Assembly (NCBI RefSeq): GCF_025526975.1 | Contig: NW_026515691.1 | Span: forward strand, 124,001 to 188,000 | Reading direction: 5' to 3' | Source: Fimicolochytrium jonesii | Taxonomy: Eukaryota | Length of the DNA stretch: 64,000 bases | Shown here: piece by piece, positions 49,607 through 62,480 of the stretch | Position numbering within the stretch: the first letter of the stretch is position 1 | Layout of the letters: the number at the start of each line of letters is the position of its first letter | The notes under the pieces: model-generated | Database searches by the model: none | What the model was told of the DNA's origin: nothing | The model's input: the letters and a program-made list of their open reading frames with translations, nothing else | Program-made: the position numbers and the translations under genes

Positions 49607-51234
49607 ATGTCGCTAAGTCTTCCTATCCACCGTCTCCACTCCTTGCATGGCTCCACCGCCGTGGTGGCCGCATATGGCAACAAGTTCTTTGTCATAGATA
49701 GCAGGTGAGAAGCGGTTGCATGGCTGCTCCTGGGAAGTTTCGTACATTCTGACTCTGTCTCTTCGTTGAAGCTCTGGCAAAGTGCTGGTGGCCCCGGCCT
49801 CTAAAGCCTCCTTGCCTGGAACCGAAGGAGCCAACCTCATTGCAGACGATGACTTTCCGAATGGAAACATTAGGTCCATTGCATTCCACCCGCAAACGAA
49901 ACGCTTAGCAGTTACTAGTGAAAACAAAGATCTTGTCTGCTGGGATGTGGCGACCTGGAAAAGGTTGAGCCGCCGAGTCACAATAAAGAGGGCCAACTGT
50001 GTTGCCTTCAATGGAGACGGTAGCAAACTCCTTATTGGAGATAAGTTTGGAGATGTGTACAGGTGTGGTACTCGCCCTACAGCATGGCACCGCTTCGTCC
50101 ACGCCGAATGTTACTGATCGTGCAACCTGCAGCTTTCAATCAAATGATTCCGCTGATAAGGAAGCATTAATACTGGGGCATGTCTCCATGTTGACGGACA
50201 TGGTACTATGATGTGTTTGATGGCATTTTTTGTCTTCACCGTACTCATCCGTTATGTGCAGGCTCTGTCGCATGATGGGCAGTATCTTCTCACGGCGGAT
50301 CGGGACGAAAAAGTTCGCGTGTCTCGATACCCACTGGCGTTCGACATCTTACAGTTCTGTCTCGGCCACAACGAGTACGTCTTCGGAAACATATCTTGTT
50401 CAGCCGCCGTCACACAGGCGCTCAGATCATGTCCTGTGTCCTTCCAGTTTCATCTCGAGCATCCATATCCCATCTTTCGCACCTAATTTACTCATTTCCG
50501 GCGGAGGTGACCCTTTCCTACTCACATGGGATTGGATGACAGGGAAGATCATTCAAAAGATTGAGCTATCTGTTCCGCAGGTCCGTGTGCTCAACACCGT
50601 CAGCACTTCCAATGTTTGGAAATCTCATGAATATGCATATTACAGGACAACCCCTTCATCTTCGTCGTAACATCAATCACCAGCCATCCATTAAGTAGCC
50701 TCTTTGTCGTCACGCTGGAACTGTAAGGATCTTCGTGTATGGTTGTGGAACATGAATCACTGACATGACCCATCATTAGCGTCAACCAAGTCCTGATCTT
50801 TGACGCATCGAACCCCGAAGATGTCAAGGAAGTCCAGAAGCTGGATGTTGCTGATGAGCCTCTGAATGTTGCTTTCGACTCCGAAGGGAAGCTCTGGATC
50901 GCGATAGGTCTTCTTTCTGAAGGCCCGGTGCTGGCAGTGGCTAGCAGAGGGGCGAACGGTCTATACGCGATCGACGGCACGTCCGAGGCGTTGGCGGCGA
51001 ACCTGAACAAGTTAGGCACGGAGTCGGGTACGTAGCGGCCGTCCGACTTTGCTTTAAGTGTGAACATCTGATAGCTGACCGTACACTTCTCCATTAGTGG
51101 ACGAGTTGCCCGACTACCATCCTACGAGCAAGCTGCGCAAGGCTGCTGGTCACCCTCCGCACAAGCACGATAAGAGGAAAAAGAAAGGCGACACCTCAAA
51201 TGGGCCTGCGAAAAAGAAAAAGGGAAAGGCGTGA
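49607..51234 (+). CDS. TRM82: tRNA m7G46 methyltransferase non-catalytic WD40 subunit, multi-exon
   Basis: [60 protein letters not shown]. Confidence 0.92.
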
Positions 51235-52200
51235 GAACATCGCTTGATGCGCCAGGGTAATGGTCACGGATCGGATCAAGCTAGAAAGGGTCACCAGCTG
51301 CAGAGCTTCCGGACAATGCTTTAGCTAGAGCTTGGCGAGTTCGCCCATCGGCTTTCTTATTTATAGGCTCAGGGAGACATGTATACTAGCACCAATGGAA
51401 ACACCTGAGCAGAATGGCGCCAAAATTCCATTTCTTTCAGAGTACCGAGTACAAACGAACGCATGGCGTCGAATTCTCATTCCATGCCCTATCTGCGAAT
51501 CTGTTTTGTTTTCACTCGATATCAACAATTTTACAACTGCACACATACGTAAACGCCGACTTCCCGACATCTTTCACATGGCTCACACCTCCATCTCCAT
51601 ATCCCCAGCATTACTCTCCGCCTCCTCCCTCTCCGTGCCCTTCCCTCGAACCCTCCTCTCCGCCTCCCTCAACCTCTCCTTCAAGACCTGCAACTCCCTC
51701 CCCTGCTTGCGGATAACCCTCGACTGCTTGTCAATCTGAGAGTGCAGCGAGACCAGGAACGCCGTGTGCTTTGCGATGCGGCGGTGGTTGCGGCGCGGGA
51801 CGCGGACGATTTTTTCTTCGGGTGTGTAGCGGGGCTGTTGGGGTTGGGGGAGGATGTTGGGATGTCGTGTTGTTGTGCGTGGAGGCGATGGATGTGGTAC
51901 TCGACGTGGTCGGTGAGGGGGTTGTCTGTGACTTGGTCGGTATGTGCGGCGGTGCTCGGAGTAGACTCCTTGTCGGCTGTGGAGGGGTGGTGCGTCGGGA
52001 CGCTCAAGAGCGAGGGGATGTCGGATGAAAGCATCGGCGACGCAGAGGTATCTTTCATTCGTTTGTCCAGTGCCTTTGAAGGACGCGGCTCGGGATGATC
52101 GTCGATGGTTTGTGTTTGCGAGCTGCTTTCCTGGCTGACCGGCTGCGGACTTGACTGCATGTTGAGCCATGTTAGCCTGTGATTGAGCTGCATGCGTGAA

Positions 52201-52310
52201 AGCTTCGACGAGTTGCGGGAGTTGCTTCAGACTTTCGACGAGTTGCGGGAGCACCTTGAAAGTTTCTTCGAGTTGTGGGAGCTGCTCGAGAGTTTCTCTG
52301 AGTTGCGGTG
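52201..52310. repeat. Degenerate 30-bp tandem repeat (~3.7 copies) encoding 10-aa LPQLxE repeats
   Basis: Minus-strand translation PPQLRETLEQ-LPQLEETFKV-LPQLVESLKQ-LPQLVEAF. Confidence 0.8.
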
Positions 52311-52651
52311 GTTGCGCGAGACTCCAGGCGGCGGCTTTAGAAGCGTTCCATTTGTCGGCAGCTAGAACCATTTGGGAGTCTGCGATGATGAGCTGTGCGA
52401 CCCGGTCTGGCACCCGTTCCGGCGGTTGAGGAGTGTTGTCCGCAGACTCTTTCTCTCGCGCAGTACTGTCGTTCACCGCGCTCATACCGCCAACGGTATC
52501 TTTCGTAGCTACTTCTTCCTTTTCTTTCTGTTCAGCACCGCCGGTCATCCCGGTCTCAGCTTCCAGTTCCGCCGGGTCACTGATCGTGATTTCTACCGAG
52601 GGAATGTCAACCAATTCTTGCCGACACTGCTCTGCGTCCCTCTTCATCCCA

Positions 52652-52831
52652 TCCTCTGCGTCTGGTTCCTCCTGATTCTCGTCATCCTCAGAATCCCCAG
52701 GTTCGATTATCTCGAACTGAAACTCTGGTTCTTCATAGTCCTCTGCGTCTGGTTCCTCCTGATTCTCGTCATCCTCAGGATACTCTGGTTCGATTATCCC
52801 GATCTGAAACTCTGGTTCTTCATAGTCCTCT
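52652..52831. repeat. 87-bp tandem repeat, ~2 copies (29-aa acidic unit)
   Basis: Unit tcctctgcgtctggttcctcctgattctcgtcatcctcag... at 52652 and 52739; minus strand EDYEEPEFQxxIIEPxxxEDDENQEEPDA. Confidence 0.9.
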
Positions 52832-53998
52832 ACATTTGTGTCGTCATCGACCAGCGACCATCACCAGCTACGTCTGATGCAGCAGAATCAACCGCCGCAC
52901 ACGACGCTTCGTGCACGAGGCTATCGTCCCACCAGTCGTCAGTCAGGTCAATGCTGTCCGTGGGTGCGTCGGCCTTTGCTTGAAGACGGGGGGTTCGTGT
53001 CAGATCGATGCACTCCACCGAATGCAGACCGGGCGGGATGCGGCCGCGCGGCCCCGGTGTTGCATTGCCGACGCTAGAGTCGGAAGCGCTCTCGACCGAG
53101 GGTTCGACAATCGACATTCTTCTGTCCGTAGTTTGATTTTCAAATTCCTGTGCGATCTATGACATAGTTAACCTATGCGTCAGATATGCTCTTCTCGTCA
53201 ATATCTGCTGGTATCGCCAACGTTCTACCTCATCAGTTCGGGAGTCGACGACAATCAATCGACTCAAAAAAGTTGACACGAGACGAGGTGCTGAAACCCC
53301 TCTCTGTTGAGTAGTCTCAGTCCAATGGCCGTCGGTCGCCATGACTCGCGGTGTGGGAGGGTTGACAGCTCTCTGGCGGAGGTTCCACCTGGGTGAGGGG
53401 GCTGCAACGGTCCGCCTGGGCCGTTCAAGTCTACATACATGGTTCATTACGGTTGAAGGCAGGGGTATGCTCTTTCTGGAAAGGTTTTCGAAGCGTGAGA
53501 AAGCTTTCGATGTTCCTCCGCATGGATTTGACGTCTCGTTATTGAGAAATAATTGTGGAGGGGATTGAAGTTGTCGAGTCATTCAGTCTGGCGTTGACGC
53601 TTGACAGTACCGGCCCAATCCCATCCTGTCAGTCGCATTTACCGTCTCCCGAGACTTCGGGCCGCGTTGCTGAATAGGAACAAAGCCTTGAGACGTGAAT
53701 ATATGTATCTACACAGGACCATTCAACTTAAGAAAAAAAAGATGTTGAAAGCACAATCACACTGATGAATCGCAAGTGATTGAACCACTCGAACCACCAA
53801 AAAGCGGGACAATCGGAATGGCCAGCTTATACGCCATGTATTTCTTTACGCAAAAAAGACAATCAATCAAGACCGACCAATCTATCCTCTGGCTGACGCA
53901 CGTCCATGTCTTTGACCCCTACTCTAAAGCTTGATTGTACATAATGTCCCTCCTCGGCCCCCAAGATGATCGCCGATAGCACGTCCACGTTCATGCTC

Positions 53999-56900
53999 TT
54001 ATTCAGCTACGGATGTGCTTACTTCGATCTCAGCAACAGCGTTCGCGAACCTGCGGGTCGTGGAAATTGTGGGAAATCTGGAAGAATATGCATCCGACTT
54101 TGCGATCATCGGAGATGACACTTACCGCTTCAGAGGCAAGACGAACGTGGATCCCTTCTGCGCAATCTAAAAGGCAAGCAAAGAACGAATGGTTTGAGCA
54201 TCAAGCGTTTCCTGAGAATGATCAAGAGCACGTACCCCTAACGCAGAAGAGGCCAGCTCGCCAATTGTGCGCAAACGCGTTTCCCCGGCGTCCTGGCCAA
54301 TATACAGTTTGCCCAACATTTGGGCATATAGTTTCATAACGGACGGTTCGGCCTCGTTCAGCAGAGCGTGCAGAATCTCGATGGCGAGATCAGCGTGGAT
54401 GCCTGAGTCAACGTCTGTCGAGTTCTGATTGAAGCTGTCGGCAGATGAACTTCGGCGTGAGCGTCACAGAAACTCTTCGGAAACAGCCTCGCAGGGCTAA
54501 GAGATGCATACCTGCCCACTACTTTGCGCACATCCGTCCAGTCAACCAACTGCTGAGCGATCTGCAACGGCTGGATCATAAGGTCCTTGCTCACGTGGTG
54601 CTCTTGGGCGAGGATCTGCACTGCTGGTACTAGGATCGCTTTCAGCAGGAGCTGGTTCCGGTGGGACGCATGCGCAAACACCGGCAGGAAGTAACTGAGG
54701 CACTGCCTCAATCGGTTCATCTTCCGCGTGTGCGGGTGATAGTACAGCACGACGACTTGCTGTAGGATCAGCTCGTCTGACAAGTATCCTAGCATCATCA
54801 GCTTCGCTACACCTTCGACGGCCAGTGTAAGGAGCTTCTCGTCATCGCATTGTAGCGTCCCGCGGATCACCTCGATAAGGAGTCCTGTGTCCAATAGCAG
54901 ATTCGTCCCAAAGAGGATCGTCAAGTCGAAGAAGACCTTGAGGGCAAGCGTCGAGAAGCCCTCTCTCGCATCATTGAATGCACTCATAAAAAGTTGCAAG
55001 TGGGTCTCTGCGAGATTTCTGTCCAAGAGACAAGCAAGTGAGAGACAGTGGAATCCCGATTGTTGGATCGCAGGGTGTTCATTCTTGAGGGCAGGGAGAA
55101 TGAAGCTATCCAGAATCCCAGTCATTGCCGCGTTGTTCTGCAGGTTCTCTTCAGTGCATTCCAACACACAGTTGATGACGTCCAGACATTTGAGGAGTAG
55201 CAAGGATTTCTCGATTTTGTCCATTTGAGCTCGCTCATCATCAGGGTACTCTTCAATCGGTTGGGACGAGCTGTCGGCCAGGTCTGCGTCGTATATGGTA
55301 TAAAGGACCTCGATAACCACCCTAGCGTGAGAAGAGTCAGAGAACCATCATAAAACCCCGCTGCGAAAATTGACACGTCGTGCACACCTGGTAAAATCAC
55401 TCTCGTTGGTGGAGAGCCGCTTGATGATTCGCACAATTATCAGAATGTTTTCCTTAGACAGGTCCAAAGTGCTGACCATGTCCCCTATGACCCAGTAAAC
55501 TAATCAGCTGCGGTTATGGACCCTAGTGAGATGGGCTGTCTTACGTAAAGCCAGCAGCATTTCTCGCCTTCCCATCTCATCGCTGAAATCTTGGTACTCG
55601 GCAATCAGAAGCAGTTGTTTCAAGATGAAAGCGAACGCTATAGTTTCGTCCTGGTTCTCAGTCTGCGACATTAGCAAGCCGTATTTCTGCAAGAGCTCGG
55701 CATGTCGGATGAGTGGGGGTAGGGCGTTTTCGAGCTCATCTTCCATCTAGGGAGATTGGGCAAAGCCATTCAGATATCGTAGGGGGGATAGCACAGACAA
55801 TCTACCCTAACTTACCTTGTTTTCGTAAAAGAATGAAATAGCAGCGCAGAGGAAAAACGCCTCCTCTTCATCGAGATTATCCCACGCTTCATCTGATATG
55901 ACACGAACTCCAATCAGAACACGTAACTGCATAAGAGTCTGATCAGGGAGTGATTTTACCTTCATAAGCAGCGGTGATACCAGGATTCACAAGCATGTAT
56001 GCCTTGGCAGCAGCTTCCGCCGCGCTGCCCGACATAACATCCATTTGTCGAAGAAGCTGGTCCGAGCACGTCAGCCAGAAGAAAAGGAATAAAAGCAAAG
56101 AAACACGTACCAGTAAGATCTTGTCATCGTATTGCGGCAACCACCTGTCGCACATGAGCTCCACACACGCTTTCTGGACATTGGCGTTGCTGCAGGGAAA
56201 AGCAATGGGTGCGTCAGATATGCAAGACTCTCGGCTGCATCCCTTCGACGAGCTGTGCCAACCGGTCGGATAGTCCGCTGCCGAGCAAAGCTTCAATTTC
56301 TTCGGTTGTTAAGCTGTCCACGCTTTGGACCTCTCTGCCAATTTGATCATAAGCGGCCTTTCGAACATTGGGATCTACGTCCCGGACTCGTTGGAGAAGA
56401 AACGGACGCGTTTCGTCGTCCACGGATATATTCAGCACGGCGGATCGTCGCACATCCCTGCAACGCGAAGAATTCGATTGTGGAAAACATTTTTCATACT
56501 ATCAAAAACGAAAGTATACTTACGCATGTGAGTCGAACCGCAACAGACTCAGCATCACTTGCCGAATCAAAAAGTCATCTTCCTCGTCCCCAGAATCCTG
56601 CAACCTGGACAGCGCTGAAGTAGCTTTCGCACGGACGCTAGCCTCTTTATCACGGGTCCTCATGATAAGGCCATCTCGCATAATCGTGAATTGGTCATCC
56701 CTAGAAACAAAACACTTCATTCAGCGCGTGACGGAGATGAAGCAGTCGAAGTCGCGCCTTACTCAAGATCTTCCTTGTGATTCAATGTCACCTGAGCCAG
56801 TTGACAAGATCGATATCGGACGTTCTTGTCTTTCGCCCTTAGACCCTTAGCGGAGAACTGCAACAAGCTATTGAGCAGCGCGTCAAGCAACACCCTTTCG

Positions 56901-57316
56901 CTAGCTGATATGGTCGGCTATAAGTATTTGTTGGCTTGGGAACCCGTGTGGAAACATACCACTTACATTCAGAGTCGGGCGCATCGTTCCTAAAGTTTTC
57001 AAAATAGACGTCGAGAAACTTCAAGCCTCTCTCGGCCTCCAAAAAGCCTTTCTTCAGCGGGACGATCCGTGCGACGCATTTCAGGATGTCTTTCTCAACC
57101 TCTCGTCCGCGTTTTAGGTGGAGTTTGCGAAGCGCGACATAGTTCTTCCGATGTGTGGCCGACGACCGCACGGCGTCCTGAAAGATCGTCTGCACCGTCA
57201 TGGCGGTTCGCTGCTCAGATGGTCAAAACGAAGATGCTGCATGGAGCCTCGTGGGAAGAAGGCTCGCCATGCCCGGTTTCGGACGGCATTCGGACGGCAT
57301 TTGGAATTTCGGACAT
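53999..57316 (-). CDS. YCG1: Condensin subunit G (Ycg1/Cnd3/NCAPG), multi-exon
   Basis: IFQDAVRSSATHRK, KGERQERPISIL region, RTRDKEASVRAKA..LSRLQD, RVRDVDPNVRKAAY, QLLLIAEYQDFSDEMGRREM, AVEGVAKLMM, RLRQCLSYFLPVF. Both ends approximate (alternative start 57201). Confidence 0.9.
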
Positions 57317-58147
57317 CGACACGCAACTGAAGAACAACGTTTCCGAAACCGAAGAACACGATGCCACACATCCGTCCGCGGTTAAATTCGCAACGCGTCG
57401 ATGACTAACCAAAAAGGCCGTTCGTGAGTGGCCGCCAGTTTTCATCTCACTTTTCAAACGCCTCGCGTCGGAGAAAAAACCAATTCGGGCTTTTGCGGCT
57501 ACATAATGGATGTCATGGTATAGAGGTCGGCTATACACGCCTGCAAAAGCGTAGTACAGTAATGTGAACGGGTCATTCGAATGCTCTTAAAACCTACCTG
57601 CGTCGGAATTGTCTTTCGGAGCATCTCGTCAACCTAGATATTAAAAGGCAAAAAGGAGCCCAAGTGCCACGCTTTTCCTCGCCCGCTACTTTCGACGTGT
57701 TTTTCGGCAAAATCGCGTGGAGTAAGCCAAGCCTTGCACGCACATTCCCACGCACCCCCAGGAGCCATCGACACTTACGGGCGCAAAGGTCTTCCTGATT
57801 CTATATTCTATGTGCTGCTCAGAAGCAAGAGCCACGACATTTTCGCGAGAATATACACAAGGAGGAAATCGAACGCCAGTAGCGCAAGTACACCGGAGTA
57901 GGGTCTATCTAGGCGACGTCAGAAGAGTTTCCTCCGACTTGCCAGTGAGGAAAGGTCGTCACAATTCACTGCCTTGGAGTCTGTCGGTGACTGCGTCACG
58001 AAAGCCGTCACCACATTGTGTTGTGTAGTCACCGCCACAGGGCCAACTCACGAACGAACTTTGGAGGCTACGTACGCCCTTCCACACTGTTTTCGGTCAC
58101 TGCCGAGAAATCGCGGTCGGAAGCACCGCACACAACGAGCTCGCCTT

Positions 58148-59554
58148 ATGTCCATCCCTCGTGTTGCAGCAGTGTCTGCTGTCGCACTTAACCGCCGCAC
58201 TTCGCTCTCATTCATGAACCAGGAGCTACAATTCTCGCCCTCCAGCTTATCACCCAAAGTCGTCCTCCCTCCAACAACCGTCCGCATGGGCCAATTGAAT
58301 TCACACCCACAGTCGTCTTTCTTGAGCGAGGACGAACAACGGCCGGACCTACAGCCTCTGCTTGCGCCAGCCTCGGAGCACACCTCACCCCCAGTCTCTC
58401 CGACACGAACGAATTCATCAGCGCCGAGTACGCCAGATAGTAGAAGAATGTTATTACCGGGCCCGGCGGACATAAGAGGGGGCCAGGGGTGGAGGAGGGG
58501 ACGTTTTGCGCTTCCGGTTCTGTCGGCAGAATCGTCATACGCGGCGGCGTTTCCTATTGCGCGCAACGCCGTAATACTGCGGTTAGGGACGCTGGTGACG
58601 ATTTTTGGGGGCTGGCTGTTCGTCTTGTATCAGATGGGACACAACCTGCCGGATTATGAGGAGGAGATTCATTTACCGAAGAATTTCGACGATGTGAAGA
58701 GTCAGTCGGTTATATTGTGAGTGTGGATCTTTTATATGAGACAGCGTTCTCGTTTCGGGCCTGTCTTGCGGAATGATTGACCGGTTTTCTCACATCTTGA
58801 AGACAAAACTACTCCAACGCACATTTCGTTCCTGTTCTGACGCTCTTCACGGCGGTGTATATATTCAAGCAAACATTCTCGATACCAGGGTCCGCTCTGA
58901 TGGTATGCTTGCTCGTTTGAGTTGAGAACGTGAAGTCTGTCCACTGCTGACGCAATCCTTCATCACGCAGAATATCTTAGGAGGTCTTCTTTACGGATTT
59001 TGGGCCTTTGTTTTCGTCTCCTTATTCACCGCTATCGGCTCCACACTGTGCTACCTGATCTCCGAAATCGTTGTGGGCGAAATGGTTGTGGAACGATTCG
59101 CCCGGTCGAAGCTGGGATACCTGCGGCGGCGGGTGGAGATAAATCGAGAATCAGGCAATCTATTCTACTACTTGCTCTTTCTGAGGCTTTTCCCATTCTC
59201 TCCTAATTGGTATGTCTGTTCTGGTCTAATTTGTTGTATTTTCTACGTCATCCTTACCTGCCATGTTCTTCCAAAAGGTTCCTGAACATCGCCTCGCCCT
59301 TCGTCGGCGTACCAGTCCTACCATTCTTTCTCTCCATCTTCTTTGGCCTGATGCCCTACAACTACATCTGCGTGCAGGCTGCCGCAACATTGGCGCAGCT
59401 CGACTCATTCGCGGACATCCTGTCGGCGGAGGTGCTATTGAAATTGTTAAGCATGTCGGTACTCGCGCTGATTCCGGCGCTGTATGGACAGAAGATTGCT
59501 GCGTGGATCCGGGGCAGGGTCCAAGAGGAGGAGGTCAAGGAGGGACAGGCTTGA
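58148..59554 (+). CDS. TMEM41/DedA (VTT, SNARE_assoc) family membrane protein, 4 exons
   Basis: LPKNFDDVK, YIFKQTFSIPGS, NILGGLLYG, TAIGSTLCY, LLFLRLFPFSPNW/FLNIASPFVGVP..FFGLMPYNYICVQA. Start uncertain. Confidence 0.9.
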
Positions 59555-59866
59555 GGAGATTCGGAGGTCGGAAGGCGTACGGCCAATACGTCTGAGCGGA
59601 CCCTTCTACCGACATTTTTGGAACTCGAGGCTGACCTCGACGTGGGGACCACGAGGCGGATCGCGAAACCGTTCGACTCGTTGCCTGACCGTGAAATGAG
59701 CAATAGCCGCAATAGCCTATTCGCCGTTTCGGACATTGGCTCCCCCATCGCCCTCCAATGACATGGGGAAGGGTGGGACAATGACAAATAATATACCCTT
59801 GTACGCGAAACAACACATCCGCCAGAATTATATGCTTCCCCGTTTTTCTTGAAGGCGGCGCCCGCG

Positions 59867-59900
59867 GTTGCGATATGTTACTGTTGCGATATGTTACTGT
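59867..59900. repeat. 16-bp tandem duplication
   Basis: gttgcgatatgttact occurs at 59867 and 59883. Confidence 0.85.
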
Positions 59901-60275
59901 ACTCTTTAATCCTTCCTTATTGTACATTCTTTCTCTAATGATACAAGACCCTTCTCGATAAGGCTCAAGGTGCGGTTGAAGTTTATTAAATATGTGCACA
60001 TACATTCAGAGGAGACCTGTGCCTCAAATACGAACGGGCACTCGAGTTATCCTCCGCGAAAGCTATCAAAGTACAAAACCATAAACTGACCAAAACATGC
60101 ATCGTTGGTTTCCCTGCACCCAAAAACGTTGCCAAGGTATGAAACCCAACGCGAAACCAAAACCCGTCGGAGGAAAGAAAAAAACAACGCCATATGTAAG
60201 CAGCCAACTCGCCGTCAACATACCCCCGAGTACGGAATGAAGATGGTGGGAACGGGACTCGCGGGCCGCACTCGC

Positions 60276-62121
60276 TCATTCGCCAAACGCGAACGGGCAC
60301 TTCCATTTCGTAGCGGCTGGCATCGAGCGGTGGATGGCGTCCACGTCCACAAGGTCATTCTCCCATTGCGAGACCACCGCCCAGCAGTGCACGCAGGTAG
60401 TTTCCTTGAAGGGGGGCTCTTTTGGCGTGTATACGAAACCGGACCTTGCGAGCTGTGATGGAGGGAGGGAATGTCAGTATTCTGTGATGTGCCGATCTCG
60501 AAGTTCTTCGGTTGTAATTTATGATACCCACTCTGTCAATGAAGGCCGGACTATCCGCATACGGTGAAGTAACCTCGATCATCTGCGGCGCCACATGGGG
60601 CAGCAAATGGGGTAGCTTGACTTTCTGCGGGGTCAAAAAGGTTGGGCGGCGACGCTCGAAGTTTTCATTTCGGTTTATAGCGACTCTCGTTTGGACCTCC
60701 GTGCAGAAGGCTTGCAGTGCCGCTGGTGATTTCTGGTGGCGGGGCGGCGGTGGCGGCGGGAGGTCGTATGTCGGCGGCGCCTCCCAATCATACATTTCTG
60801 GAATAGGGGCAGGAAGAGGAAATGTAAATCCCATGCACACCCGGTATCATTGCGCTTTTTTTGGCATCCACCTTCATTCGAGATGTATACATACCTTCGA
60901 AAGAAAACTTGATCGTTCTAATGGAGCGATCTTGAGTCGTGATGACTTTGTCAACGTGTGATTGGACGGTGATATTTTCTTTTACGGGTATGCCGGGGTA
61001 AATAGCGGCGATCGGAATATAAATAGATCCTCCAAAAGCCAGTCCCGTTGCGTTGTGGCCCACTGTGGAGAAAGTAATCTCGTGGGGGCGTCGGCCGAAG
61101 TGGACGTAGCGCTGGAAATGTTCGGGGACTGTGAAGAGCAGGGTGAGCCGGACTGCACTTCGGGATTGTCTCTGCTAAAGGGTATAGCCGCTGGTACAGC
61201 ACCGTACGATCTTCCCCCCAGGTAAAGGGACTGATTTCGGAAGCCTCACTCACCCCGCCAGTTCAGCACCGTTTGCTTCGCCCCAAAGATCTGCACCGCG
61301 CATATTTGACTCGGATATGTGGGATGAGCATATACGAGCACAGGTCCCAAATCCACAAAGCGACGTCCCTTCGGGTCATACTGCGACATTCTAGCCATCC
61401 AGTGTGGGAAGCCGGCTACAGGCTGCGTCTGGATGGCGGTGACCACGTGTTGTTCGACTGGAATGTTGAAGTTCTGGGCATGGGCTGCATGATTGTGACC
61501 ATCCAAGAGCTCCTTATATGTCTTTCGAGCACGGAGGCGCCAGTCCTTGGGTGGCGGCGGCACACCATCCTCCTCCTCGTCATCACTGGGATAGTAATCG
61601 CACTCTAAACATTTCGCAATGTGAGCTTTCATGCCATCGAAAACAGGGAGTACCGTATGCAGAAATACAGACCAGTCACAAACTCTTCTTGTTCCTGCTG
61701 AAAACTCTGAAGGTCCTCTAGAGACGGGAGGATCGGCGTCATATAATCAAATTCCAGCACTTCCAACGTCCCTTGAACGCATGCCTTCCCACGAGCACCA
61801 TCAAGGCTGATGGAAGCCATACAAGCGTTCAATGCTATCCAAATGATGGATAACCTTGTGAGCTCAGCGTATCAAAACAGAGTCAGTAGCGTCCACCAAC
61901 ATACCTTCCAGCTGGAAGTTAGGGGGTTCGGAATCCGCTAAGCCAGCAAAAACCAGCCCACCGTGCGTGTGCGTTTTAGCAGGTGTCACGTTGACAGAAC
62001 TCTGCTCCGACTCAGGTGCTGGATCATCGTCCGGCTCCGAATCGCTATCAGCACCTGCTCCTCGCATGGCCATTTTGCTCCTGGTCCGGGTGAAGACCGG
62101 GTTCCCTGCGTAGCCGTTCAT
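60276..62121 (-). CDS. Orphan multi-exon protein with a C-terminal BIR-like zinc-binding domain
   Basis: Exons join through short GT-AG introns (e.g. 61904..61835, 60531..60453). C-terminus: NENFERRRPTF...SPAFIDR/LARSGFVYTPKEPPFKETTCVHCWAVVSQWENDLVDVDAIHRSMPAATKWKCPFAFGE*. The junction near 61250-61060 is ambiguous. Confidence 0.7.
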
Positions 62122-62480
62122 TTTGACGGACTTAGTGGGGTGAAAACGCGTTCAGGCGTTTGGGGTGTTCGACCGCGATTTCGCTCGACTGCAAAACAAA
62201 TTTAGGACCACAGTAGCGGGATTTGACGCTGTACTCCTCTATCCTTCTTGGCTGGCCAGCGGGAGGAAATTAGAGGGGGTCCAATGGCTGCTGCGTGTGT
62301 TGGATGAGTTTGGAGTGGGTCAGAGTGTGATGGGGCGGGAGGCGGAGCGCGTGGAAAGTCGACAGCTGGGCCTTAAGCGCGTGAAGTCACTGCGCGTCTC
62401 GCTGCTGCGGACTTGAAATTGACTTGATTGCACTCCATTTACTCTGCATGCACTCGCTCGGACGAAGGTGTTGGCGGAAG

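Larger units (their letters stand above)
51583..53582 (-). pseudogene. Orphan low-complexity gene with tandem repeats, IDLT motifs and C-terminal coiled coil; apparent frameshifts
   Basis: Protein-like segments switch frame near 52860 and near 51860 without clear introns. C-terminal LHSQIDKQSRVIRKQGRELQVLKERLREAE. 5' end uncertain. Confidence 0.4.

Noticed and set aside
52652..52831. Direct repeats as a CRISPR array or LTRs
   Set aside because: Two contiguous copies with no spacers, length a multiple of three and protein-coding in character; eukaryotic context.
57391..57850. ACGCGT/CGCG (MCB/E2F-like) sites upstream of YCG1
   Set aside because: Biologically plausible, but such short CG-rich words are common at this GC content and enrichment cannot be shown by eye.
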